DNA of 54,236 nt, taken from the IMG/VR virus record IMGVR_UViG_3300021962_000138, positions 1 to 54,236 of that record; one strand, given 5' to 3'. The position numbers and the translations under genes are program-made. This stretch comes from a virus (taxonomy: Duplodnaviria; Caudoviricetes). Below the pieces are notes generated by a model. It had not been told where the DNA came from and ran no database searches. It saw only the letters and a program-made list of their open reading frames with translations. Of the stretch, positions 38,043 to 47,343 are shown piece by piece. Positions within the stretch are counted from its first letter, which is position 1; the number at the start of each line of letters is the position of its first letter.

Positions 38043-38244
38043 TTTTAAACAACTCCTTAACAACTTGTTTCTCTAAATATTTAAATAATTCTTCTTCTAT
38101 TTGTTTTAGTATTTCCTCATTTGAAAAAGTAATATCATATCCTAATATTCTTGAAGCATCGAGCATAAGTAAATTTCTTTCTTCGTATTTCTTGGCTAAA
38201 TCTGTAAGTTTAGATTCGATTTCTTTCATATTCATGTCAATCAA
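38035..38244 (-). CDS. small hypothetical protein
   Basis: 69-aa helical ORF between neck genes. Confidence 0.5.
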   Translation of the reverse strand: MIDMNMKEIESKLTDLAKKYEERNLLMLDASRILGYDITFSNEEILKQIEEELFKYLEKQVVKELFKNG

Positions 38245-39355
38245 TCAAATAAATAATATCCTTTTTGCCGTTTATTAACTCCATAGCCTCTTTTCTAAGA
38301 ATATCATATTTCTCTTTTGTGGAAATATTAGCACCTGTTTCGGCAATAAGAATAGTTTGGTCGTCATGTCTTAATATTTCTGCCGCAACTAATTTTGTGG
38401 CGGCTTCATGTATAGCAGAAGGAACCCTAGTATCGCCAACAATATAGGTAGTAAATACTGAATTCTTTTCATGGTAAGGATAACGCTTTAGGAAAAATAT
38501 TCTACCATCATTACCTAAAGTCCAAAAATCACCTAAACGCCTCATCTCTTGTTTATCTGTAAAATTAGTAACAATACTATTTGAATCCTGTCCTGCTTGG
38601 TCTGTTAATGTAATTGTGCAATCCGAACCATCTTCGCCTTCCAATAAACTAGAAATATGAACAATTTTACCGTCTTCCGAATCAGCATAAGCATAAAAAA
38701 AATCGGAAATATTGTAGCCATTTGTTGTAGAAGTCAAAATCTTTTCACTTGTAGCACCCGTAAATTGTGAAGTTTTAGCAGGATATGTTTCATTGATTAA
38801 AGAAATAATTTCTTGTGCAGTAGTTTTTGCCCCAAAAGAAGAATTAAATGAAGCAGAAGATAGTGGAGAATCTACATGACCATTGTATTTTAATACCCAT
38901 GTATCGCCTGAATTCGGCAATTGTAAAGTAATAGTATTTATTTTATTATAGCCGCTAGTATCTAACTGAATACTTGCTTGAGCAGAAGCCAATTCTCTAT
39001 AATTGTTGCCTTCCCATACTCGCAAACTTACAATTTTTCTAACTTTCATTTGGTTAAGTTGAATAAATCCAACATTACCACCATAATAAGAATGAATAGG
39101 GTGTCGAGTAAAATAAAAATCATTGACTTCGTGCATGATAATTGGTCTAAATGAACGGTTAATAGCATCATCAATAATGCCCTCTACTCTTTTAATTATT
39201 GAACCCACTTGGCCTTCTGTTGGATTTGTTAAATCGGTAAATTCGGGAATTTGTAGAAGGTCTGCTACTGCTACAACATCGGTATAATACCCATAGCCAT
39301 TAGCATAATCTACATTGATATTTGTATAATCGCTTGGGGAGGAAATTATAGGCAT
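38237..39355 (-). CDS. head-tail adaptor with inserted domain
   Basis: YTDVVAVADLL..II..E..ID N-terminus and Y..G..VP.AI.EAA.KLVA C-terminus typical of gp6/gp15-like adaptors. Confidence 0.7.
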   Translation of the reverse strand: MPIISSPSDYTNINVDYANGYGYYTDVVAVADLLQIPEFTDLTNPTEGQVGSIIKRVEGIIDDAINRSFRPIIMHEVNDFYFTRHPIHSYYGGNVGFIQLNQMKVRKIVSLRVWEGNNYRELASAQASIQLDTSGYNKINTITLQLPNSGDTWVLKYNGHVDSPLSSASFNSSFGAKTTAQEIISLINETYPAKTSQFTGATSEKILTSTTNGYNISDFFYAYADSEDGKIVHISSLLEGEDGSDCTITLTDQAGQDSNSIVTNFTDKQEMRRLGDFWTLGNDGRIFFLKRYPYHEKNSVFTTYIVGDTRVPSAIHEAATKLVAAEILRHDDQTILIAETGANISTKEKYDILRKEAMELINGKKDIIYLID

Positions 39356-40668
39356 TAGATATTCCTCTCAAGTATTTGTTTTAATTCAGTATAGTTTTCG
39401 CTGATACCCAAATAGAAGTCAAACAGTTCTTCTCTTAATTTTCTTAATTCATTGTCTTTACTAAGACTTAATGATATTGCATTTTCAATATTTTCCTTTT
39501 TGTCATTTTCTTTATCTGTCATTTTTCTTTTTAAATCGGCAATATCTATTTGTATTCTTTTTTGAACTTCGGGTTCTTCTTCTGTTGCATCTAATTCTTT
39601 TTCTTTTGTTTTTATTTTTGATTCTAACTCTTCTATTTCTTTATTGTATTTCTTACTTGCTTCTTCTGTCAATTCTTCAAATTTAATAGTATAATTAGAA
39701 TCTTCGGAAGTAAAGGCGGCAGGTAATCTTTCAAGTCTGCTTTCTCTCATAGGATTTCTTGTATAACGAATGTTTCCATTATTTGTTATTGTAACTAATG
39801 AATTTTCATAATCTACGACACGCCTTCCTTGTTTATCCTTTCCAATTAGTGCTAAATATATTTCAACATTATACGCATTCCTTAAATTAAATACATTCGT
39901 TCTAGCCGTAAGATAGTCTATAAGTCCTTCCACAAACCCATCTTTTATTGCTTGTTCTAAACTATCAAATAGTATTCTACGACCTAAACTTACTGCAAAT
40001 TCTTTTAAATCTATTATTGTTTCCTTTGGAGAATGACCTTCCAAAGAAGCATTATCAATAATTTCTTTAACAATATCTAAGGTATCAAATTCTATAAAAA
40101 TTCCATTTTCTTCTATTTTTACTGCTCCTTCTTTCTTAAGCAACTTTGTAAGAATATCTTCTAATTTACTACGGATAACATCTCTTACTTTTAAAGAAGG
40201 AGTTTCATCTTCTCTTCCTAATGTTAATGATTCCATTTCAGCAGAATATTCTCCCATTGAAACTTCATTAGAAATTGCATATTCGTTCAATTCTCCAACT
40301 TTTAAACTAGGAGTAAATGTAATAAATTCATTTAATATTATCTTACCATCTTCAATTTCAGCATCAAAATCTATTTGCTTTGAATAGTCTTTGAGCAATT
40401 GAGTAATTTCCAAACTTTCTAATTGTTTCAATTGAGCCAAAACAGTATCATAGAAAACACTAGCATTTTGTTTTGTTTCTTGTAATTGGTTTTGTTCCAA
40501 AAAATCTTCTTTATCCATAATATTTTCAAGAAGATTTTCTGCGGCTTCATGAGGTCTAGTATCATTAAAGTTAAAATTATCCCTTAATAAATACATTTTG
40601 AGAATATCGAGGCCCGATTTTTCCCAATCAACAATTTTACCCTCTTCAATAGAGATATTAAAGGCCAT
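39355..40668 (-). CDS. acidic coiled-coil hypothetical protein
   Basis: 437 aa, E/K-rich C-terminus. Confidence 0.6.
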   Translation of the reverse strand: MAFNISIEEGKIVDWEKSGLDILKMYLLRDNFNFNDTRPHEAAENLLENIMDKEDFLEQNQLQETKQNASVFYDTVLAQLKQLESLEITQLLKDYSKQIDFDAEIEDGKIILNEFITFTPSLKVGELNEYAISNEVSMGEYSAEMESLTLGREDETPSLKVRDVIRSKLEDILTKLLKKEGAVKIEENGIFIEFDTLDIVKEIIDNASLEGHSPKETIIDLKEFAVSLGRRILFDSLEQAIKDGFVEGLIDYLTARTNVFNLRNAYNVEIYLALIGKDKQGRRVVDYENSLVTITNNGNIRYTRNPMRESRLERLPAAFTSEDSNYTIKFEELTEEASKKYNKEIEELESKIKTKEKELDATEEEPEVQKRIQIDIADLKRKMTDKENDKKENIENAISLSLSKDNELRKLREELFDFYLGISENYTELKQILERNI

Positions 40669-40681
40669 ATTAACGGCCTCC

Positions 40682-41335
40682 TTACATTAACCATTTAGCC
40701 CAAGCAGCGCCTTTTTGGATTGCAGAACCTAAACCTAAGCCGCTACTTGGCGGCTGATATGTCATTTGTCCTGTTTGTTGGTCTATCCAATATGGTCTTC
40801 CGTAATTATCTTGGCCCGAAGGAGGGATAGGATAGCCACTACCGTTATTCATAGCATAAGCCCCTTGACCATATATTTGTTGTGCTTGACCGTATGTTCC
40901 GTTTGCTTGTTGAACACCTTGCATTCCTATTGCATTATTAAACCCTTGAGATTCTAAATATTGTTGTTTAGCCATTTTTCTTTGTGCAATAACTTCCGAA
41001 TCAATAGCACTATTCAACAAATTTTGAATGTCTAGAGTAATGTTCTCTTGAGTAATTTTTTCGTATTCTCTTAGTGAATCGGGATGAACTTTTATTGTTC
41101 CTGTTGTAGAATCTTGAACAAAAGATAACTTTACTAACATTTGAGAAGTTACTCTTTCAACAGTATCTTCTATGAGTTTTTCTAATGTTGTTAAAAATTT
41201 CATTCCATGATATTGAAAAAACTCTTCAACATGGTTTTCTTGTAAAGAAAGTAAATTATTTACAGTCTTAAAATTAGATTCATTTTGACCCGATATTGCA
41301 GTTACAATATCGGTATTGCTTGGGCCAAATACCAT
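40682..41335 (-). CDS. hypothetical protein with Q/G-rich tail, WW-like motif and terminal amphipathic helix
   Basis: GRPYWIDQQTGQMTYQPP; LGSAIQKGAAWAKWLM. Confidence 0.6.
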   Translation of the reverse strand: MVFGPSNTDIVTAISGQNESNFKTVNNLLSLQENHVEEFFQYHGMKFLTTLEKLIEDTVERVTSQMLVKLSFVQDSTTGTIKVHPDSLREYEKITQENITLDIQNLLNSAIDSEVIAQRKMAKQQYLESQGFNNAIGMQGVQQANGTYGQAQQIYGQGAYAMNNGSGYPIPPSGQDNYGRPYWIDQQTGQMTYQPPSSGLGLGSAIQKGAAWAKWLM

Positions 41336-41967
41336 TATTCTTCACCTTTTCCTTCAATCAAAAAGTCCATTCGTTCTAATGCAGTTCTTATTTCTTTAGA
41401 AAGTCGCATAACCTCTTGAGGAGGAGTTTCTTCTAAGTTTTTCATAGGCGGTTTTACTATCCAACCCCCTGCTATTAAACTCGCTATGTCCTCCTTTGAT
41501 AAAGTGGTTAGTGGCCCTTTAGATAAAACTTGCGGAATTCGGGGTTTAGGAATAAATGCTTTAAAATCTAATCCGTGTTCTTCTGCAAGAATTTGTTGTT
41601 GTAGCATTTCTCTTTGTTTAAAAATAGAAGCGTGTTTAGGACAATATGTGCCTTTCATTGGCTTGCCTTTATCCACTAATGCTAAGGGAAGAGGAGGCCG
41701 CATATAATCTCCCGAATCCCAAACATAATGTGTTCCACAAACTACGCAACGGTCTTTAATATTGAATTTAAAACCATACTGTATGAATATGAATTTTTTC
41801 TTTTCTGCTAGCAAAACCTTAGTAATTTCTTTGAGTTTTTTCTTTGGTTTAATACTTCTAAAAGTGTATTCTTCCACAGGCCCACTTGCTCTAGCCATCG
41901 CTAAAGGCGGCAAAAATGGGTTTGGTGCGTTTGTTGATGCTCCTATTAAATTCGGTTGTTGAAACAT
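41335..41967 (-). CDS. Pro-rich Zn-binding hypothetical protein
   Basis: CVVC...YCPKH; PFLPPL, RPPLPL. Confidence 0.6.
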   Translation of the reverse strand: MFQQPNLIGASTNAPNPFLPPLAMARASGPVEEYTFRSIKPKKKLKEITKVLLAEKKKFIFIQYGFKFNIKDRCVVCGTHYVWDSGDYMRPPLPLALVDKGKPMKGTYCPKHASIFKQREMLQQQILAEEHGLDFKAFIPKPRIPQVLSKGPLTTLSKEDIASLIAGGWIVKPPMKNLEETPPQEVMRLSKEIRTALERMDFLIEGKGEE

Positions 41968-41978
41968 TTTATCTTCTC

Positions 41979-42521
41979 CTATGTTTTATCTAAATATTTT
42001 TTCCATTCTTCAATCGTCATAAAGACTAATTTATCGGGTGAAATTGGTTTATTTGAAATATACCATTGTGTGCCTACTTGATATATTGGTGATTCTGCTC
42101 TATCCCAATCAATATTTTCTCCTCTAATGCCTATCATATTTCCATCAATGGTAACAATTTCTTCTTTTATCGCAGGATTAGGTAATAGATTTCCTTTTTC
42201 ATCAAATAACGAATTGTAATCTACTTTAACTTCTTTTCTTTTCTTCTGTCCGTATTCTAAAGGTAAGCCTTGTTCTTTCCCTGCCGCCCAAATCAATTTT
42301 GTTTTTTTGTTTTTTGGAGATACCATCAAATCTGCATGGTGGGGTTTTCCATATCCTGTTTCGTGTTGAATGTATTCGCCTTTAGGTAATAGTCCTTCTT
42401 GCATAATTTTTTCTTTCGGTGCTTTACTACCATGAAAATGAGTTATTTTTCCATGAGGATTTTCGGGATAATCTACAAAATTATACAGTTTAGTTTGTAT
42501 TTTTAATATATCAAACCACAT
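41979..42521 (-). CDS. putative ADP-ribosyltransferase-fold protein
   Basis: FHGS..EKIMQEGLLP, IWA, C-terminal W....ISPDKL, as in ART/Tpt1-like domains. Confidence 0.5.
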   Translation of the reverse strand: MWFDILKIQTKLYNFVDYPENPHGKITHFHGSKAPKEKIMQEGLLPKGEYIQHETGYGKPHHADLMVSPKNKKTKLIWAAGKEQGLPLEYGQKKRKEVKVDYNSLFDEKGNLLPNPAIKEEIVTIDGNMIGIRGENIDWDRAESPIYQVGTQWYISNKPISPDKLVFMTIEEWKKYLDKT

Positions 42522-42526
42522 AATAA

Positions 42527-43195
42527 TCAGTAGTCCTTTATCATTGTCATAATTCCTCTATACACCATTTCGGGTTGTGATTTTGCCGACACTATATACT
42601 TAAAACAAGGTATTCCTTTTTCGTTTAGTTTTTGCATTCCGTATTTGAAAGGTTCAAAGATAGGGTGCTTATCAATTTCGCCTTCATGCTTGTGTTTCTC
42701 TCCCCATATATCATGTTTGTTAGCCCAAATACCCACCGCTAAAGGATAATCTTCATTCTTTTTCTTTTTTCCGTTAGGCCAAACGCTTGCACATATTCCA
42801 TCTACTAAAAATTTCCATGCTAATTGGTGGTCTAAATTAGCGGGGCTATCTAAATGTCTATGGTCTATCATAAAAATAATATATTTTACATTTCTTTTTT
42901 GTATATCATCAATCCATGCTCGCCAATACATTGACTCTCCGCCAACATCAGCACTTCGTATAGTGTTTGCATTACCATCAATTTTGATTATTTTTCTAGA
43001 AGCCCTTTCGAGTCCAACCGTTCTATGTTTGATTTGAGGCACTTCTCCTCTTGTTCTCATTTGATGGCTAAGTGTAGTTTTACCTACCATAGTTGAACCA
43101 TAAACACCAAAATTGATTGCATGAACTCTTTTATAAAAGGAATAAACTGCTTCCGTAAGGACTACCGCAAATCCCGTAAGTAACGAAATATCCAT
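42527..43195 (-). CDS. Arf/Sar-like small GTPase
   Basis: G1 GSTMVGKT, G2 RTVG, G3 DVGGE, IIFMID, G4 ANKHD, G5 SAK; N-terminal hydrophobic helix. Confidence 0.88.
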   Translation of the reverse strand: MDISLLTGFAVVLTEAVYSFYKRVHAINFGVYGSTMVGKTTLSHQMRTRGEVPQIKHRTVGLERASRKIIKIDGNANTIRSADVGGESMYWRAWIDDIQKRNVKYIIFMIDHRHLDSPANLDHQLAWKFLVDGICASVWPNGKKKKNEDYPLAVGIWANKHDIWGEKHKHEGEIDKHPIFEPFKYGMQKLNEKGIPCFKYIVSAKSQPEMVYRGIMTMIKDY

Positions 43196-43200
43196 TCCTC

Positions 43201-43404
43201 CTAATGAAACAGACCTACAACTTTACTAATTAACCAACCCATGATATTTATGTCAAAAACGCCTAAAATATTACCAATTAGAAAGGAACCTATAACAAAA
43301 CAAGAACCCCAAAACCACATTCTCATTTGCATCAACCAAATGTCAGCAGAATGAGCGCGTTGTAAATCATAGGCTATTGTGGTTTCATCGAAGCCTAAAA
43401 CCAT
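43201..43404 (-). CDS. small membrane protein
   Basis: TM segment WFWGSCFVIGSFLIGNILGVF followed by an amphipathic tail. Confidence 0.65.
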   Translation of the reverse strand: MVLGFDETTIAYDLQRAHSADIWLMQMRMWFWGSCFVIGSFLIGNILGVFDINIMGWLISKVVGLFH

Positions 43405-43412
43405 TAAAACAC

Positions 43413-43802
43413 CTATTGTAGTGTTGTTAGGAATTCTGCTCCAATACCATCTTCGTCATATTGTGCTATTCTAGGAGCAGTATTGTATTCTTGTTTAAAA
43501 GATTTAATTGAGTCTTTCATACGCTTTCTTTGTTCTTCTTCTTTTTGTTTGAGTTCCCAATAGGCACTAATTCTACGGTCTAATAGCCATGATTCTATCC
43601 AATCATTTAGGAGTAAATCATTCAATGCTTTCATAACAAGAATGCCTCCTACGGTAATTAAACCAAAAAGAATACCATGTTCTAATGCTCCATATGGAAA
43701 ATCTATTCCATAATTTGCATACATGAATACATTTGTTCCGCTAATCGTTCCAACAAATAAGATTGTCATAATCAATCTTGTATCTTTATCTAAAGCCGCC
43801 AT
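43413..43802 (-). CDS. two-TM membrane protein with charged coiled-coil tail
   Basis: LIMTILFVGTISGTNVFMY and GILFGLITVGGILVM; KQKEEEQRKR. Confidence 0.7.
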   Translation of the reverse strand: MAALDKDTRLIMTILFVGTISGTNVFMYANYGIDFPYGALEHGILFGLITVGGILVMKALNDLLLNDWIESWLLDRRISAYWELKQKEEEQRKRMKDSIKSFKQEYNTAPRIAQYDEDGIGAEFLTTLQ

Positions 43803-43811
43803 AAAAAGACC

Positions 43812-44135
43812 TCAATTAAATTCTACCGAATAGGCAAAGTGAGAACTAGGAGAAGGACTAACAGGAGCCGTTACTTCTGCATAAAGTCCTTCTCTAGCCA
43901 ATACTCCGTGCATATCCGCTTCTACATTTTGTGCGGAAGTATTTCCATTAAAGACAAAACGGCAAAGTTCTGTATTTCCTGTAAATGTTGCATCGTTAGA
44001 ATCATATATTTTTAGAATATATTCATCGGGGCCATCTGCTTTACAAGTAATATGAATACTTTTCAAATTACAAGCATTTCCACAAATTAAAGCACTAGTT
44101 GTTAATACACCACTTGACCTTGAAGCATCGGGCAT
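43812..44135 (-). CDS. small beta-rich virion protein (putative)
   Basis: 107 aa, beta-sandwich-like pattern, downstream of the capsid gene. Confidence 0.5.
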   Translation of the reverse strand: MPDASRSSGVLTTSALICGNACNLKSIHITCKADGPDEYILKIYDSNDATFTGNTELCRFVFNGNTSAQNVEADMHGVLAREGLYAEVTAPVSPSPSSHFAYSVEFN

Positions 44136-44184
44136 TACATCACCTATACAATCCTAAGAATATACCTTTAATGAAACTTTTGTT

Positions 44185-44511
44185 TCATTCTTCGGTTTTC
44201 TTAGGTGTTGTTTTCTTTGTAGGAACTTTTTTAATTTCCTTTGTTGGTAAAAGAATTGAAACAATGGTTTCGATATTCTCTTCACAACCCAAAGAAGTAG
44301 CCAACATATTAATTTCTCTTTCGGGAAGAGCCATAAGAGGCTCCCTATCTGCTTCTGTAAAGGTAATGTTTAACTTTGGACTTGAAAGGTAGTGAGAAGC
44401 AGTAAAGGTTGAAATTTCTGTTTCTTCTTTACTAACTTCAAACCACCCTTCTTGTCCTTTAAGTTTCATTGAATCTTCTAGAACAATTTCTGTTAATTGA
44501 ATTGTGGCCAA
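44185..44511 (-). CDS. hypothetical protein
   Basis: TTG start after GGAGGG; K-rich tail. Confidence 0.55.
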   Translation of the reverse strand: MATIQLTEIVLEDSMKLKGQEGWFEVSKEETEISTFTASHYLSSPKLNITFTEADREPLMALPEREINMLATSLGCEENIETIVSILLPTKEIKKVPTKKTTPKKTEE

Positions 44512-44523
44512 TTAAGACCCTCC

Positions 44524-44790
44524 TCAATTACCGTATGCAACCCAAATGCCGTCAGTATCGGCAGTAGTAACAATTGTTACATTACCACTAGCCAAAGGAA
44601 ATGTTTCATTTACTGCGGGTGCATTTGTATCAACGGCTGAACCTCTAACTTGAAGATGAATAAAATCTACACGGTTAAGACCTGTTTCAATATCTCCTCC
44701 TGTATCGGAACCGCCATTGGTAAATGTTCCATAAGCAACTCTTTTATTACCGAACACCGTAGTTTCGGTGATTGTTGATGAAAAAGCCAT
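44524..44790 (-). CDS. putative capsid decoration protein
   Basis: 88 aa, G/T-rich, immediately after the capsid gene; GAGGTGA RBS. Confidence 0.5.
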   Translation of the reverse strand: MAFSSTITETTVFGNKRVAYGTFTNGGSDTGGDIETGLNRVDFIHLQVRGSAVDTNAPAVNETFPLASGNVTIVTTADTDGIWVAYGN

Positions 44791-44801
44791 CTTTAATCAC
44801 C

Positions 44802-46136
44802 TCAAGCGATGTTAGTAATCTTTGCTTGTCCTCTAAAGAAGGAACAACCTGTTTCAGCAATTGTTCGATACAATGCTTGATTTCCTAGACGGCCTACACC
44901 GAATGGGTTTCCGTTGCTAATACCATCTTCAAAGTATTGAGTTGGTTTCAAAACTTGAAGCCACAAGTGGTCTGTATCAAGGAATAGCATATCGCTAATT
45001 CCACTATCTGCTGAATTTCGTGTTCCTGTCATTTCCTTAACAGGAATAAGAGGAATGTCGTAGTATGTTGCTACACGGAATCCAACTTCTTGACCCTTTA
45101 CACCACGAACACCATTAACAGTAGGAATAACTTCCTTTCTATCCATGAATCTTTCTTGTGCTTGGAGCAAATCAGCAATTGCTTGAATGGTGTCATATCC
45201 TGTTAGGATAACCTTTGGTGAACCACCTGCTTCTCGGAGTTGTCGAATAACCGAGTTGATAAGAGTCAAGGTTAGAGGTCGAACTGATGATGCGGCATAT
45301 GATGAGTTGAAATCAACAATTGCATCAAGATAAGAAGCCGCAGTAAATCGCTCTTCACCGTAGATTTTACCGAGATTGTTAGTAGCAGAAGTTGTATCTG
45401 TTGCGAGAACTCCGCCATCAAGAGCAAGAAGTTCTGCTCGGCTTGTAACAATCTTAAGGAGTGAAGTATAGTTTCGCTCAATATCTGCTAGTGCGCTTGA
45501 TTCACCATAGAATTCAAGTGGCATAACCAACATTTTGTTTTGTGCTTCTGCGTGTGCTTTACCCATATCTTCTCGGATAATTGCTCGAATATCGCCTAGT
45601 CCATCATCAATTTGAGCCATTTCCATAGCGAGTTCGGAAATATCAAATTGGTGTGCAATTGTCTTAGGCGACATGAAAAGTTGTGCGTAAGTAGGAGCCA
45701 TAGAACTAAGTCCATCTGCCGTAGTAGAAAGTCCTGCGTTTTCGGGAACACCACCAATCTCGTCTGCTTGTGGGTCATCGGAACCGATACCGCCTCCGCT
45801 TCCATCGGATTGTAGAGTCAATGTGTTTCCACTACCACCAAAAGGACGACTCTTAAGAATACGCCATCCACTTGAATTGTATGGCCTCTTAGAAAGCATA
45901 GCCAAAGCATTAACCTCTCGGTTAAGCATTGACCATACTTTTTGTCCGTAAAGAACATTGTAAAGTCCTGTTGTTCCTGTAATTCCTGTTACTCCGCTTG
46001 CGGAAGCATCTGTAATATCGTGTGCAGTATGTAGTCCTTGAACTACACCTGCTTGCTTAAGGAGAGAATTTCCTCCAAAGGCAGGTAGGCCGTATGTTGA
46101 TGCTTCCAAATCTCTAATTGTGTTAATATATCCCAT
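44802..46136 (-). CDS. major capsid protein (HK97 fold)
   Basis: Follows protease/scaffold; E-loop-like ...PKTIAH..ISEL, spine helix, G.P..ILT, Y.DIPL; real start MGYINT after GAGGTGA (the ORF-track start 46205 is too long). Confidence 0.85.
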   Translation of the reverse strand: MGYINTIRDLEASTYGLPAFGGNSLLKQAGVVQGLHTAHDITDASASGVTGITGTTGLYNVLYGQKVWSMLNREVNALAMLSKRPYNSSGWRILKSRPFGGSGNTLTLQSDGSGGGIGSDDPQADEIGGVPENAGLSTTADGLSSMAPTYAQLFMSPKTIAHQFDISELAMEMAQIDDGLGDIRAIIREDMGKAHAEAQNKMLVMPLEFYGESSALADIERNYTSLLKIVTSRAELLALDGGVLATDTTSATNNLGKIYGEERFTAASYLDAIVDFNSSYAASSVRPLTLTLINSVIRQLREAGGSPKVILTGYDTIQAIADLLQAQERFMDRKEVIPTVNGVRGVKGQEVGFRVATYYDIPLIPVKEMTGTRNSADSGISDMLFLDTDHLWLQVLKPTQYFEDGISNGNPFGVGRLGNQALYRTIAETGCSFFRGQAKITNIA

Positions 46137-46146
46137 GTTTTTCACC

Positions 46147-47343
46147 TCAATATTCTCCGCTAACCGCTTTATGAATATCGCTCCATGACATATCGGAAAT
46201 TTCATCTAGTGAAAAGACCTTTACTGTAGAAGCAACTTCTTGGGCTTTGCGAATTTCATTCTTTTCTTCTGTAAGCGACTTTCGGAGTTCGCTAAATTGT
46301 GTCTTAAGATTTGTAATTTCTGCTTGTGCATTGTATTCTGCTTTAGCAACCAAATCATTACGAGAAGCAACTTCTTGCTTAAATCGTGTTTCAAATTGCT
46401 TTTCTAATCGGCCATAAGCCAATTTTTCAAGTTGTTCTTGTCGAAATTGCTCATAGGCTTTCTCGATGTTTTCGTTTGAAAGGTTGAGCGAAGTAAATTC
46501 ATTGTTACTGAATGCTTTAGTAACATTGTGTTCCTTAAAAGCCTGTGAATCGCCTGTTGGTCGGCCACCACTAACTACAACATTATCAGCAGGTTCGCCA
46601 TCTTCAATTGAACCTGCGTCAAGGGTTGGAGTTGGGCCTTTCATTTCACTATCATCGGCTTTATCATATCCCATCATTTCTTCTTCGCCATCAGTTGTGT
46701 CCATCATTTCTTCCGATGGATGGCCACTACCATAGCCTTTTTCTTCTTCTTCTTCTTTACGAAGTTGATTTACTTCCTTTAGAAGCATATCAAGTTCGCT
46801 TAATGCTTTTTCTAGTTTTGTCATATTTTTCACTTCCTGTTTTAAGATGTCAAATTTCGCTTCGGGGTTAATTCCTTTTTCGCATATGGTAACTTCGTGT
46901 AATTCAAGTTTGCTAATCTCATTGTATTCGCCTAACTCTTCATTACGCTTTTTTACTTTTTGTAACGCCTGTCCTCCAATGCTAAAACTTCTTAACGAAC
47001 CTTTGCGAATGCCTCTATTTATTTCCTTTGCTTTTTCTATATCATCTCGGAGTTTAATTACAACAAAGAAGCCCACATCATCTACTTCTGTTTTCCATAA
47101 CCTCCCCGATTTATCCCTGTATGAATCTACTACTTCTCCGACTTGAACATTAGAATGATTTGTCATTACATTACGAAATCTATCTTTTTCCATAAATTTC
47201 TTTACTGCTCCCTCCAATGCTTTTAATGTAATCAAGTCGTTTTGCTTATCTACCATTTCTATTGAAGCATATCCACCAATCATTAAATCTTCATTTGCCT
47301 TTAGTATCATAAAGTCATTGTTTTTATGAAGCATTAGTGTCAT
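46147..47343 (-). CDS. HK97-type prohead protease fused to scaffold
   Basis: GYAS..VDKQND, NH..QVG, G.L.SFSIGG, L.EVT..G.NPEA, then an acidic linker and coiled coil. Confidence 0.9.
   Translation of the reverse strand: MTLMLHKNNDFMILKANEDLMIGGYASIEMVDKQNDLITLKALEGAVKKFMEKDRFRNVMTNHSNVQVGEVVDSYRDKSGRLWKTEVDDVGFFVVIKLRDDIEKAKEINRGIRKGSLRSFSIGGQALQKVKKRNEELGEYNEISKLELHEVTICEKGINPEAKFDILKQEVKNMTKLEKALSELDMLLKEVNQLRKEEEEEKGYGSGHPSEEMMDTTDGEEEMMGYDKADDSEMKGPTPTLDAGSIEDGEPADNVVVSGGRPTGDSQAFKEHNVTKAFSNNEFTSLNLSNENIEKAYEQFRQEQLEKLAYGRLEKQFETRFKQEVASRNDLVAKAEYNAQAEITNLKTQFSELRKSLTEEKNEIRKAQEVASTVKVFSLDEISDMSWSDIHKAVSGEY

Noticed and set aside
43413-43802. Classical holin-endolysin cassette
   Set aside because: Two-TM topology fits a holin, but no lytic enzyme is adjacent and there is no family evidence; treated under the GTPase cassette.
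44802-46205. ORF-track start for the capsid protein (and similarly 11977, 14961, 17063, 22695, 35430, 38063, 50235, 51902, 52141)
   Set aside because: These are extended to upstream alternative codons that mostly overlap the previous gene; SD-preceded ATGs lie downstream.
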